NCBI GenBank assembly: GCA_951406725.2 | Contig: OX597821.1 | Coordinates: forward strand, 25,668,001-25,732,000 | Origin: Octopus vulgaris | Lineage: Eukaryota | DNA: 64,000 nucleotides | Reading direction: 5' to 3' | In this document: piece after piece, positions 36,562 to 49,460 of the stretch | Position numbering within the stretch: position 1 is the first letter of the stretch | How the letters are laid out: every line of letters begins with the position of its first letter | The notes under the pieces: generated by a model | Databases searched by the model: none | What the model was told of the DNA's origin: nothing | Seen by the model: the letters and a program-made list of their open reading frames with translations, nothing else | Position numbers and translations under genes: made by a program

Positions 36562-37463
36562 TTCCAATTTCTCTGCCCAGAGAACATGAAATAATTCTTT
36601 TTTTTTTTTTTAATGGTTGAACTCAAAGTAGATAAAAACTAAAAATAATAGCATATAATTATGCCTGTATGTGTTTTTCTAGGCAAGTTTGATAATTTTT
36701 ACAAATTATTTAAATAAAAGATTTGAGATATTCTACAAGTGCCATCATGAAAGCAACATTTATTTAGTAAACTATATCAGAGTATCTGTGCCTGACTGAC
36801 TCACTGACTGTAAATTGCAATATTAGCCAGAAGTTTTATAACACACTACATATTTACAACATGCACTTCTCGGAAACTGCATTAAGTATCATGTATGGCA
36901 GTTTTTTGTATTTTCATACTATTCAATATTTTTCATCCTGATTCCACTTAATATTTATAACTTTTCTCCCTTGTCTATTATTTTATGTTAGTGTATATAA
37001 AATCACTAACCATATCCTATACATTCATGCATACACAACCAATCAGTCACTAACTCCTGAACGAATGAATGAAGTTTGATCTTAAGTTTATTACACTGAA
37101 CAACAGTGATGTAACGATAACATTTTATTTACTTCGTTACAGAGAATCTTATGAAGATTGCTTTTGATTTTGCATTTTATCATGTCTCCAGACAAGAGAG
37201 ATGCTATTTGTTGCTGTGTTAGAAGTCTCCTCTATCTTGTATAAATTCTTTACTATTATTATATCAGGGGTGTTTCTTTTAATATAATTAATGTTTACTG
37301 TATAATTTATACTAAGAACTCTTGTTTGTGATAGTGCTTTGTTTATAATACAAACATGGGTGATTCTTGTGTGACATACATGACAGTCAGAGACACAGAT
37401 TATGAAATGTCTAAGCTGTAAATCTTGAACTGTTACAAGAATTCTATTGATTCATTTTTCACA

Positions 37464-37628
37464 GGTGCAGGAGTGGCTGTGTGGTAAGTAGCTTGCTTAC
37501 CAACCACATGGTTCCAGGTTCAGTCCCACTATGTGGCACCTTGGGCAAGTGTCTTCGACTATAGCCTCAGGCTGACCAAAGCCTTGTGAGTGGATTTGGT
37601 AGATGGAAACTGAAAGAAGCCTGTCTTA

Positions 37629-37687
<59 letters not shown>

Positions 37688-37908
37688 ATATGTGTTTGTG
37701 TGTTTGTCCCTACAACATTGCTTGACAACCAATGCTGGTGTGTTTACGTCCCCGTAACTTAGCAGTTCGGCAAAAGAGACTAATAGAATAAGTACTAGGC
37801 TTCCAAAGAATAAGTCCTGGGGTCGATTTGCTCGACTAAAGGCGGTGTTCCAGCATGGCCACAGTCACATGACTGAAACAAGTGAAAGAGTAAAAGAGTA
37901 AAGAGTAA
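37464..37908 (+). mobile_element. SINE family B, full length
   Basis: tRNA-like head GGTGCAGGAGTGGCTGTGTGGTAAG...GGTTCAGTCCC, internal (TA)n, tail ending in (AAAGAGTA)n. Confidence 0.92.
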
Positions 37909-37984
37909 AAATTTTATTACCCTCGCAAGTATTAAACAAAATAGTTTCTATTTGGAATCTTTATTGAAATTTTTGAAGAGGATC

Positions 37985-38258
37985 ATGCTGGTGCCACATC
38001 ATGCCAGTACCATGTAAACAGCACTCTTGCTGATGCCATATAAAAGTGTTTGTATGGTTGCCAAGTAAAAGCACCCAGCACACTCAGTAAAGTGGTTGGC
38101 ATTAGGAAGGACATCCAGCCATAGAAACCAAGCCAAATTCAGACTTGAACCTGGTGCAGCTCTCCAGCTTGTCAGCTCTGGACAAACTGTCCAACCCATG
38201 TCAGCATGGACAACAGACACTAATTGATATCGATGATGATGATGATAATGATGATGAT
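37985..38258 (+). mobile_element. RTE-type 3' end
   Basis: GTAAAAGCACCC...GGCATTAGGAAGGACATCCAGCC...(GAT)n. Confidence 0.8.
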
Positions 38259-38679
38259 CCAAAAAGTGACGTGTATGATATAGCACAAAAAAAAATTTCT
38301 TTTCACCTGAAAATATTAACTGCTGATTCCTCTGAATTTCTCCAAAGCAGTATAAAAAGCTTCATGGTATGTTTTTACCTTGCCCTTGAAGTTTCAAAAA
38401 ATGCTAATGAGGTTGCTGGACAACTATGTCTGTGGGTCACAGCACTCATTTACCTGATGTGACGTGTGGGACAAAAATGGATGTGATATTTTCAAGACAA
38501 ATGCTTTTTATATCTTCTACATAGCTTGGTTCTTAAGATCTACACTATTTCAATATACCATTACAGGTATACAGTGATTTTTTGAGTATACTAATATTTT
38601 TTGAAGACCTGTTTTGGTTTAAATTTCATGAGAATGGCCCACTCAATAGTCTAATAGTAATAATAGTACTAATTAATTA

Positions 38680-39660
38680 TTTTATTAGCCACAAGGGCTT
38701 ACATTAAAACAACATTAAATGACATGACACAAACATAAACTACAATACAAGACGAGAGAAAGGGTTTTCAGCATGTAAACAATATATATATATATACACA
38801 TACACACATGCATATATATAAAACAATAAAAAATTAAATAAAATAAAAACTCCCAAAAGGGGAAGCGCTTTAAAGGTCCTCATGGAAAAACCCACAAAAT
38901 CCAGAGGTGCCTAATCAACAGGACAAGAGCCCTTCTTCTTTAATTTCGTTTTTTACAGGTGTATACTCAGAATTGGTCCTTTCACACTGGCCATTCTTCC
39001 AACATTCATCCACCTTTCAACAAACCTACAAGAAGGCAACACTTCTGTCTCCACCCTCAACTTCCTTTTCAAGTGAAACTTGAAAAAGTTGATGAAGGCT
39101 TGACCAAAGAGGAAATTGTCTGGCTTTAGCCCTTTCAGACGGGTTCACCATACTAGCTACAGCCACCAGACAAATAAAAACTGCCTGTTCCTCCTGACTA
39201 AAGGAGGGTAGCAGAGCAATCTTCACTATTGATTCACCTGATAGCTGGATCCATCTACACATGACAGCAAGTGTTTGACATAAACCCACAGGTCAGTAAT
39301 ACTCGGGCACTGGACAAGGGCATGCAGAATGCTTTCATCATTCTATGTGTACATTGCATAGGCCCAGCTGATGGCATTTCCATAACTATAAAGTTTATCT
39401 TAAACAGGCAGCACCCCTTGGTAGCACTGCCAGGCAAAGGATTTCTGGAAGTTATCCATAGGCCCAGACCCAAAAGTTGTCCAAAACAGATTGGTTAGTT
39501 GATCCTCACTGATGCCCAGAGTTTCCTCAAGAATGTTGTCAAACTCTCCTTCTACTAGCCCTGTATAGAACACTAGAGTGGAACTAACTCTGACTGCATT
39601 GCCTGCCTGGAGGAGAGTTAGGGTTAGTACTATTGAAAGACTGACTAGCTGCAAAGATAT
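38680..39660 (-). mobile_element. Tx1/L1-like LINE 3' fragment
   Basis: Minus-strand remnants FWTTFGSGPMDNFQKSFAWQCYQGVLPV and the zinc-finger-like HALVQCPSITDLWVYV, FICLVAVA; the 3' end reads TGTAAGCCCTTGTGGCTAATAAAAAT. Confidence 0.7.
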
Positions 39661-41695
39661 CAACAAATTTTTTCTTCTTTCTCTCCTTCTTCCTTTCTTT
39701 CTCTTTTTCTTTAACATCTCTTTCAGATACATACACACATACATACACGCACACTCACACACACACACATGCGCTCTCTCTTTCACTCTCTCCCCATTCC
39801 TCATCCTCTTGTACTATCTTATATCTCTCCCCACCCCTACGCACTCAATAATACTATAAAAAGAGACAAAATTCCTGCAAAAGTTCAATTTGACAACTCC
39901 ACTAGAGTGGACGAAAGCGCTAATATATGATATATGATTTATAAAAACATGTAACATACTAATAAATATCTGTAAATATAAAACCATCCAGATTTCTGAG
40001 TACCTGAGTATATATATATATATATATATATATATACCCCCACACACACACATACATACATACACACACACATACACACACACATACACTTATGCATATA
40101 TGTGTGTGTGTATGTATGCATATGTGAGTGAATGGGTTGAGATGGCACCAATTCATATTTTCAAAAAACAACTTGTTACTGTTATACCTTTGGAGATCTT
40201 GTGAAGTGAAATATATAACTGTATTATTTGTCTGTAACGATCTGTCTTGGTGAAGTGTAGCTGATATGATTGTGATATGTCCTATGTACAGCATGTTCCT
40301 CTCAACTGTTTCAACATTAAGTGGAATCTAACTATAGTAGAAACATTTTGCTACATCAATAGATCCAACTTCTTTCAAAACAGACCAGAACTTCATCTAC
40401 TTAAAGACTAATTCCAATTACAAGGTCTCAGCTTTTAAGTTTACTGGCATTATCTGCCATAATGTCTCTAAAACATTATTCTAAGACATAGTTTTGTCTG
40501 TAAAGTAGAATATTTAAACAACAACAACAAAAATCCAATATTGTGGTTTAATTTCATTTTCCTTTGTATGTTTAGTTCTCATGCTTGCATGGCTAAGACT
40601 TGGTTAGTTTATTTAAAACCAAGTTGACAACTTGAGAGACGTATCTAGAAAAGAAAAAAAAAATAGGTTCGCTTTTGTTTTCATGCATGGAAGGAATTGA
40701 AATATTACTGAGAAATATTTCTCAGAAAATATTTTGGTTGAAAAACTTCTAATCATTATAGTAATGTCTACACAAAAATGTCTCTTCTAAGAGAGCCATT
40801 GCTATATTTTAGTGTCTTCCAGCTTCCCAGTGGACTTTTTATTAACGTGCAAAGATTGTTTTCTGCCACAGTATTATTGGAAAAGTAAAATTCTTTCTCA
40901 AGATTTATGGCATCTGGGAAGTTGTTTTCGGTTGCGTAGACTTTCTATCGAACAGACTCTTCTGAAGGCAGTCAAGTGACTGTAATTCAGCCACCATGGC
41001 TACCAACAACAACTTTAACCTTTAGAAATGATCAATACAAACTACAACTACATATTTTAATAACAAGGTAGGTTGTTTTTTTCTCCACCATAACCTTTCT
41101 CTTTTCTTAATTTTTTTTTTTTTTCTCAATTTTCCCACACTTAACAGATTTATTCTTTTTTTAATCTGCTTCATTTTTCTTTTCTTATCTGAAATATCAG
41201 GACATTTTTCATTCTTCATTTCAAGAGAGTTCTATCCACCATGTTTACCTAGTTTAATCACTTCGATTTGCTAGTTTTACTGGAAAATATTTGGTATTCA
41301 CTTTTTCTTTGTGGAAGCTGGTTACTTAGTCTGCTTTGGTATACTTTGTAATATTACTAAATTTTGTTTTAAATGCATCTCTTTTTTTCTTTGTGTTATG
41401 TGTTTTTATCAAATTTAATCATGTAACATTTTAAAATTCTACCTGAATTCCTAACAAACATAACTTATTATTTACTATATGAAAAGACATTCTCATTTCT
41501 TCTCTCTCAAAAAAATGTCCCCGTATGTAAAGTTTCTTTCTGAAAACAAGACTTATTGCCTGCAGTATAATTCCCACACTAAAACAATATATATATCTTT
41601 AACAATACAATTATCTCCCTCATATCATCATTACTAGTGTTGTTATATGTATTACATATATACATATATATATGTAAGTATGTATGTATGTATTA

Positions 41696-42088
41696 GGTGC
41701 AGGTATGGATGTGTGGTAAGAAGCTTGCTTCTCGACCACATGGTCCTGGGTTCAGTCCCACTGTGTGACACCATGGGGAAGTGACTTCTGCTATTGCCTC
41801 AGGCTGACCAAAGCCTCGTGAGTGGATTTAGTAGATAGAAACTGAAAGAAGACCGTTGTATATATATATGTATGTATCTATGTGTGTGTGTCTTTGTATC
41901 TATGTTTATCCCCCATCATCACTTAACAACTGGTGCTGGTGTGTTTGCGTCACCTTGACTTAGCAGTTCAGCAAGGGAGACTGATAGAATAGGTACTAGC
42001 ATAAGAAATGAGTTTTGGGTTGATTTGTTCGACTAGATCCTCTCAAAGCGGTGCTCCAGCATGGCTGAGTCAAATGACTGAAACAAGA
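41696..42088 (+). mobile_element. SINE family B, full length, diverged
   Basis: Colinear with 37464-37908. Confidence 0.85.
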
Positions 42089-42093
42089 ATATA

Positions 42094-42142
<49 letters not shown>

Positions 42143-42284
42143 CCTTGTCATAATAGACTCAGACTTTGATACTCTTAATTTTGAAGGGTTCTAATACATG
42201 AATCTTTCATGGATTCTTTTTGTACTTTCTCCCTTTATATTTGTAATTCATTGGAACTTATCAAGTCACACACACATATTTCTC

Positions 42285-42692
42285 ACCATCATCAGTATTT
42301 AATGTCCGTTTCCCATTCCAGTATGGGTTGGATGATTCGAGAGGGGCTGACAAGCCAGAGGACTGAGACATGCTCCAATGTCTGTTTGGCATGATTTTGA
42401 CGGCTGGATGTCCTTTCTAATGCCAACCACTTTATATCTTGCACTAGGTGCATTTTACATGGCAATGGCACCAGTGAGGTCTAGTGAGGTCACCAAGCAA
42501 CTTGCAAAACAAGACCCTTCAGCTGTGGGGCTATAGAATTGGGGGAGGTCGCTTTATGCATGTGCATTTGTCATCATCATCATTGTTTAACATTGGACAG
42601 CTTGACAGTAGGCTGCCAGGTAGGAGCCTGCACCAGACATTTCTGTCTGTTTTGACAAGGTTTTTACAGCTGGATGCCCTTCCTAACACCAA
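42285..42692 (-). mobile_element. Two RTE-type 3' end fragments
   Basis: GCTGGATG(T/C)CCTT(T/C)CTAA motifs, each preceded by (CAT)n. Confidence 0.7.
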
Positions 42693-42961
42693 CAAATTAG
42701 GACCATTGGTGTTCTTCACCTGAGTGTGTGTGTGTGTGTTGAGAGAAAGAGAGGTATGTCTTATTCACCCTTTCCCCTTTATGACTTTTTACTGTCTATT
42801 TTTCTGTCATTTTGATTTTATTCTGTGTATTGTGCTCGCACTTTTGGCTTTCATTACCGTGTTTCTTTATTTAATTTATGTCTACTTTTTGTCCACTCAT
42901 TTACTTTTTTACAAGCTTATTGTATACACAACTCTTGAGCATTGTATACAATAAGCTCAAT

Positions 42962-45900
42962 AGTCTGCCAGAATTGTTAGCACACTGAACAAAATGCTTA
43001 ATGGCATTTCGTCTCTCAATGTTCTAAATTCAAATGCTGCCGTGGTCAACTTTGCTTTTCTTCCTTACGGGGTTGGTAAAATAAGTACCCGTTTGTTATG
43101 ATGGGAGTCATGGCGCCCCTTGCAAGAAATAGACTGGACTGAGGTATTATAAATAGTAGTGGTCGAAGTGAAGTTTGGGTGTTAGTTTGAGTTGAGTTTG
43201 CAGTGAAGTCAGAAGGTATCAGTTGGTTAGTTCATTTGGAATATTGATTATTGGTCCGTGAAGAGATTGTTGGATCATTACATTGTTATTATGGCTGCAT
43301 CATTATCTTGTTTACTGCTACAACACTGGTCCAGTGTCTCTAAACCATCCGTCACAATTTCATGGCAGCACCATGACATTGGAGATGGAGGATACAACAT
43401 CTGGCGACAAGGGTTTCGAAGCTCACATGGATTATTTAGCAATTTGTTTGTGATACAACTGGTTAAATGATGGAAGACCTATTAGCTTCTATAATACAGT
43501 TGCAAAAGCAACAATAAGAACAGCAACAGGAGTTGCAGAAGCAACTAGTACAGCAACAACTACAACAACAATTACTGGAGCTATGCACAAAGAAGTCTGA
43601 AAATGCGGTAAGTTCATTTTCATCAGACGGCATATTAAACTCCATAACAGAATTCAGTTATAATCCAGAGGAGGGTATAACTTTTTCAATGTATTACAGA
43701 AGGTACGAGAAGATCTTTAAGGAAGATTGCAAAACATGGTCAGATGAAGAAAAAGTAAATTAGTATTATGTAAATTAGCTCCACCTGAGCATGAACAATA
43801 CTGTAATTTCATATTGCCAAAAAGTGTAGTGAAATTTGTTTTCAGGAAACAATCAAATTACTGTCTAACATGTTTGGTGATAAAACTTGTCTATTTAACA
43901 CTCAAATGGAGTGTTGGAATTTAGCTAAAAATGAGAATGATGACTTTATTACATATCCAGGAACAGTCAACTGAATGTGTGAAAGTTTTAAACTTAAAGA
44001 ACTTACTCCCAATATGTTTAAGTGCCTCGCTTTTGTACAAGGACTTACAGCAAATGAAGATACAGAAGTACAGGCAAGAATTCTTTCAAATCTTGAACAA
44101 GCGAACCAAGATTTGACCCTGCAGACTGTTGCAGAAGAGTGTCAAAGATGGTAAACCTGAAACACAACATAAGAAAAATTCAAGAAAAGGATTTTGCAAA
44201 AATACAGATATGTTGATTGAGAAAGTATTACCAAAGAAGATTGCTAGGTCCTAATCCATGTTATGGATGTGGCAGCCTAGATTTTAGAAAAGATTGTCCT
44301 TTTAAAAGTCAAATATGTTACAGTTGTCAAAAATTTGGACACAGGAATTCACACTGCCAAACAAAAGTACGAAGGTCAAATGTAAAAATTTAAAGTACTC
44401 TCAGAAGAAAGTAAAATCGACTCCTGAATAAGGAAATTTATACATGTAAAAGGAAACGGAATAGATACTAAATTACAACTGGATACTAGTAGTGACATTT
44501 CAAGCTTTAATACCGACACACGGAACAAAATAAGGAAACTTATGTTAAGAAAAACAGCACATTGCCTGACGGGTGACAAACTACACTTTGTAGGCAAAAT
44601 GTGGAATGGTAGTATATTTTGAGGAAAAGCTTGCAAGACGAAAGTTTTCATCATAAAGAATGCAACCAATCTGTTTGGTACTGACTGGTTGGACTTATTT
44701 GACTTATGGGATCTCCCAATAAGCTGGTACTGTAAAAAGTTGAATAGCTGTCCAACTAGTGAAAAGAACTCAGCAGCTGAATTGAAGAAAAAATTAATTT
44801 AAAATGTTATGTGTAATGTTATTCACAAACTGCCAGTGACAGCTCAGGATAAAAAATGAAATCTGCAGAGGATAATTACATTACAAGAATGAAATAAATG
44901 TTGAAAAATAAGTAAAATGAAAATACAAATTCGAATAATTTTTCACTGTGCAATGATGTTCTAATGTATGTACAAAGAGTGGTAGTACCAACTGCACTAC
45001 AGAAATAAGTATTGCAGGAATTTCACAGTGGATACCCAAGAATGTTGAGAATGAAAGCCTTAAGGAGGAGCTATTTATATTGGCTGATAGAGGACCAGGA
45101 CGTTGAAAATTGTGTAAAATCAGATAGAGGTTGTGCACTAGCAGCCAAAGCACCGCTGGTGAAATGCCAATCATGGCCTGAGATGGATAGTCTGTGGTCC
45201 AGGGTACATATCAACTACAATAGACCAATGAATGGTGCATATTATTTAATCATTGTTGATAGCAGTATAAAGTGGCCAGAGGTATGCAGGTGCAATAAAC
45301 CAACTGCAAAGACAACAATAAAGTTCTTGTATGAATTATTTACTTGATACGGTGTTCCAGATATGTTGGTATCAGATACTAGAACACAATTCATAAGTAG
45401 TGAATTCAAACATTTTTGCAAAATACATGCGATAAAGTATATTATTACCTTGCCCTAATATGCAAGGTCAAATGGGCAGGTAGAAAGATTCATTGATACT
45501 TTCAAGTGAGCATTACAAAAAGCAAGGAATGACATAGATAATGATGAAGTGCTAGTGAAATTCTTGAGGGTATATAGAGTAACACCCAATCTGAATACCA
45601 GTTCAGGAAAGTCTCCGGCAGAGTTAATGTCTGTGTGAAAAATAAAATTGATCTTTGATTGATTATTGAGAGGAAAGAATACATTTAAAGGAAATATAGA
45701 AAAGGTAACAAAACATTTCAAACTAGGAAATAAAGTTCATTTTAAAATTTACAAAAATGATAAAGAAGACTGGGATGATGGTTTTGTAACTAAAAGATTA
45801 GGTTACATGATGTATGTTATTAAAGGGCACCGTTGAGAGCATAAGAGACACCTAAACTAATTAAAGACAAGACATACTGCAAAACAAAAGGAAATACCAA

Positions 45901-46490
45901 TAGAAGTCTGCTATGATATGTTTGAGGTGCCAGCACCAAAAAATATTGAGCCTTGTAGAAGCAGCAGTTGAAAAAGGTAACAGACTATACACTTATAAAT
46001 AATACCAGAATGGAAAAGATATTAAATTTAAAAACGAGAGAGAGAGGGAGAGGTGCTGTAAAAATGAAAAAGAAAATAAATCTCACTTCTTGCAGAAGTT
46101 GAAATCTCAAAAGGGGAAATGTTGTGATGAGAGTCATGATGCCCCCTTGTGAGAAATAGTCTGGACTAGGTGATTATAAATAGTAGTGGTCAGAGTAAAG
46201 TTTGGGTGTGAGTTTGAGTTGAGTTCACATTGAAGTCAGAAGATGTCAATTGGTTAATTCATTTGGAATATTGATTGTTGGTTCATGAAGAGATTGTTGG
46301 ATTGTTAAGTTATTATTATGGCTGTATCATTGCCTTGTTTATTGTTACAACACTGGTACAGTGTATCAAAACCACCTGTCACAATATTGTGGCGGTACCA
46401 TGACATTGGAGACAGAGGATACAACACAGTTGAACACTGGGGTCAATGTCTTTGGCTTACCTCCTTCCCCAAAATTGCCAAAATTTGAAA
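42962..46490 (+). mobile_element. SINE family A split by the LTR element (42962-43093 and 46427-46490)
   Basis: The core AAAATAAGTAC|CAGTT|GAACACTGGGGTC is rejoined when 43094-46426 is removed. Confidence 0.8.
43094..46426 (+). mobile_element. Gypsy-type LTR retrotransposon, decayed, with RT/RNase H deleted
   Basis: LTRs at 43094-43399 and 46120-46426 (TG...CA). 5-bp TSD CCGTT/CAGTT. PBS TGGCGACAAGG at 43402, similar to the tRNA-Ser(GCU) 3' end. PPT AAAAGGGGAAA before the 3' LTR. gag with two zinc knuckles (CYGCGS..FRKDC, CYSCQKFGHRNSHC), protease LQLDTSSDIS, integrase HSGYP...WSRVHIN...LIIVDSS.KWPEV...SNGQVERF. Confidence 0.93.
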
Positions 46491-46492
46491 CC

Positions 46493-46518
46493 ATTATTAT
46501 TATTATTATTATTATTAT

Positions 46519-46576
<58 letters not shown>

Positions 46577-46608
46577 AGTATTAGTATTAGTAGTGGTGGT
46601 GGTAGTAT

Positions 46609-46655
<47 letters not shown>

Positions 46656-46657
46656 AT
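46493..46657. repeat. Compound (TAT)n-(TAG)n microsatellite
   Basis: Directly visible. Confidence 0.97.
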
Positions 46658-49086
46658 AAGGAGATGATAAAGTCAGTTCACTTCTACTGAAAGCTTGGCT
46701 TGCATGAATGTAATTCATTGAAAAAAATCATGGTATGAGACTGAGGTTTAAGAATTAGGGTGTGTGTGTGTATGCATGCACACTTATATGTGCATGTGTG
46801 TGTGTGTGTGTGTGTATGTGTACCTGTGTTTTGTGTAATCCTAATAAATATTTTCAATATTTCTGTCTAGATCTTTAGATATCTTTAAACTGTTTTAATG
46901 GTAATATTTTTTTCTACTGTGTATAATATATCAATTAGGTGCAAGTAATATTTCTTTGATCTTTGTTAATTATATATGCTCTGTCACTCTTTAAACTTAG
47001 CTTCAGTCTAGTAGCATAAGTTCTGGAAACTCTCACATTTAAGGATCTTTACAATTTGTGAAATATGTTGGTGATTGCTATAAGCTTTAGAACTGGAAGA
47101 ATTTTAGCAATGAGTAATGTGATGTGCTCTTGAAACAGAAGCTGTTCCAAGAATATTTGACTGAGGAATTTACTGTTGGCCAACTTTCATCTTAGGAGCT
47201 GTTGAATTTTCTGGTAAAACTAAGATGATTTATTATTGTTAAAACTTCTTCTCAAGGCAGTTATTGGCAGCAACATCTTTGAAACAATTCAGTTCTGCTA
47301 CTTAGTCTTTCAGCTTCTGAAATGCTAAGTGAATTGTAGGGGTTATATGACAAGTTTGTATATACATTGAATTCTCAACTGTGATAGCTTTTATGATAAA
47401 ATGTGATTTGGGCTTCCATGAACTAAAAGCCACTGATTTCAGAAACCTGTGATAGATATTTTCTCTAAGGTATTGAATTCAATCATCTTCAGACTATCAG
47501 AGAGCATTCCACTAACAGATGAACAGTAAATTTACAAAATCTACAAAATGCCTCTGCCTATGGAATCATCAACCATATCAAAGGTCCTCATTGGATTATT
47601 CAGGGGTTTACTTCACTAAGTGTCCAAGGCTTTCAGTATGTCCACTATATGAAAAAAACTAGAGAACTTACGATAAACTTTGCTTACAAAAAAAACCCAA
47701 AATGCATGGAATAATATCTGTTGTTTTCTTTTCTTTTTCTTTTTTTTTTCAAGTGGTTGCATGTTTATTTCTAGTGGGATCACCAATTTGGTTGTCTTGC
47801 ATTAAATGAAAGTTCAAACAAGAAGACCAGAATGAATATAATCATTATTCAGACAACCCCATGAGGGAATGCAAATGAATGTGAATTAGCAGAATTGGCA
47901 ACTCTAATTCACGAAGTTTTAAGTTCAGTGCATCATCAAGACAATTCCTCTGAGTTGATGAGAACTATTACCAAACAGCTCTGTGTGATTTGGTCTGATC
48001 TCAGATGTGCAGGGGATGAGGATATCTGGTACAACTCCTATGAGATGAGGAGAATTTAATTCATATCTGGCAAAGCTCAGGAGAACTGTGTGATCATGTG
48101 ACACAACATTATGTGGCTTCCTTGAATACCCTTTGACTGCTACTGTGTAAGGCGTTGTTGGGCAGGTTTGGCCCGCAATCCCACTGTACCAATAACTTAT
48201 ATATCTTGGGAAGCAGCACGGGTTAGTGCCACCTGATCTTCATATGTACTTGCTTCCATGGTCACATCAAGCCTGTCACTGGAGTTGAGAGAGGAATCTT
48301 GTTGAATGACCATTTTTCTCAATTCATTTGCCAACCACTTTACAGAGTATACAGGATATATTTTATCATGGCACCAACACTAGAGAAGTTGCCTAGTATT
48401 TTACAAGCCTCAATAGGTTTTACTATTGTATTGACTTCATTCTATAAAGGCAAATACCACTGGATGTGTGAATAGAAGAGAGTAGTAAACAAGAGGGTGA
48501 AGAAAAGAGAGTTTGAATATGAGTACAGTGGGGGAAGCTGGGTGATGAGATGTTAGGAGAGAGAAAGTGATGGAAGAGAGACAATGATAGATACATATTG
48601 GTTGTTGGTAACAAAAATGAATAAAAAATAATGTTGGTGATGTGATGAAAATGAGTTGTCATAAGTTAGAGGGAGTAAATGATGGATAGCAATAAAAATA
48701 GAGAAGGGTAATAATAAGTGAGAGTAGGAGATGACAATGGATGATCATATATGTTGTGGTAATGGAGACCAAGTGAATAATAGAGATGGAGATGGGAAGT
48801 GGGAAGTGATAATGTCAATAAAGCAATGTGGAGAGGTTGGCAGCAGAAAGTATTGAATATAGACATGCCTTGTTACTCAGGCATTGCGATGAAAGAAAAA
48901 AAATGATGCTGACTATTAGGTGGGGTGATGGTAGAAAAGAGGTAAAGCAATAATGGGTAATGGTGGTGAAATTCAATGTGAACAAATAAAATACCATCCC
49001 TCATTACACAGGCAAAATGAAGATGAGAGAAAGATGACAGGGAGTACTGAATGTGGATAGTTCTGGTGCCATCCCTCCGTTAATTA

Positions 49087-49460
49087 CACTGTGTAACATA
49101 AGTTTTGTCTTTGAGTAATGACTGTTCTTTCCTATTCACTTACCACTAGAAAGTATGAAAAATGGCTAATATTTCTTACAAACTTTGCTTTGGCTTTTAT
49201 TCAAACCCCAAAACTCCCTCTCAACACATGGCCTTGATGCTCTCTTACTACTCCTACTTGTGATCAGAGATGCACATATTGTCAGCCACTAAAGGACATA
49301 CTCAAGTGGTTATGGTCAAGTAGCTGACAAGCAAATCTGCGGTACTGGACAGAATATTTGCTTTAATATTTCTGCTTCAGCAACCCAGTGCTGAATCTGT
49401 ATGAAATGTAATGGAAAATAGGTCAGTTTCAATAGAAAATAACACATACTGACCAAAGAC
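49087..49460 (+). mobile_element. Dispersed repeat, homolog of 3487-3930
   Basis: Colinear similarity throughout. Confidence 0.6.

Larger units (their letters stand above)
35639..36885. mobile_element. Non-autonomous long-TIR DNA element with internal tandem units containing tRNA-like genes
   Basis: ~160-bp imperfect TIRs (35645-35805 vs 36720-36878). TTTTTAATGGTTGAACT(T/C)(G/A)AAGTAGA occurs three times (35877, 36404, 36607). TTGA/TTAA at the boundaries. Confidence 0.75.

Noticed and set aside
46361-46690. Poly-I/poly-S and poly-L/poly-V ORFs, and similar YIYI, CVCV and THTH ORFs throughout
   Set aside because: Microsatellite translations.
47868-48058. ~64-codon open frame (NANECELAELATLIHEVLSS...) in unique-looking DNA
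   Set aside because: Bounded by stops, with no convincing splice sites or recognisable domain; compatible with chance.
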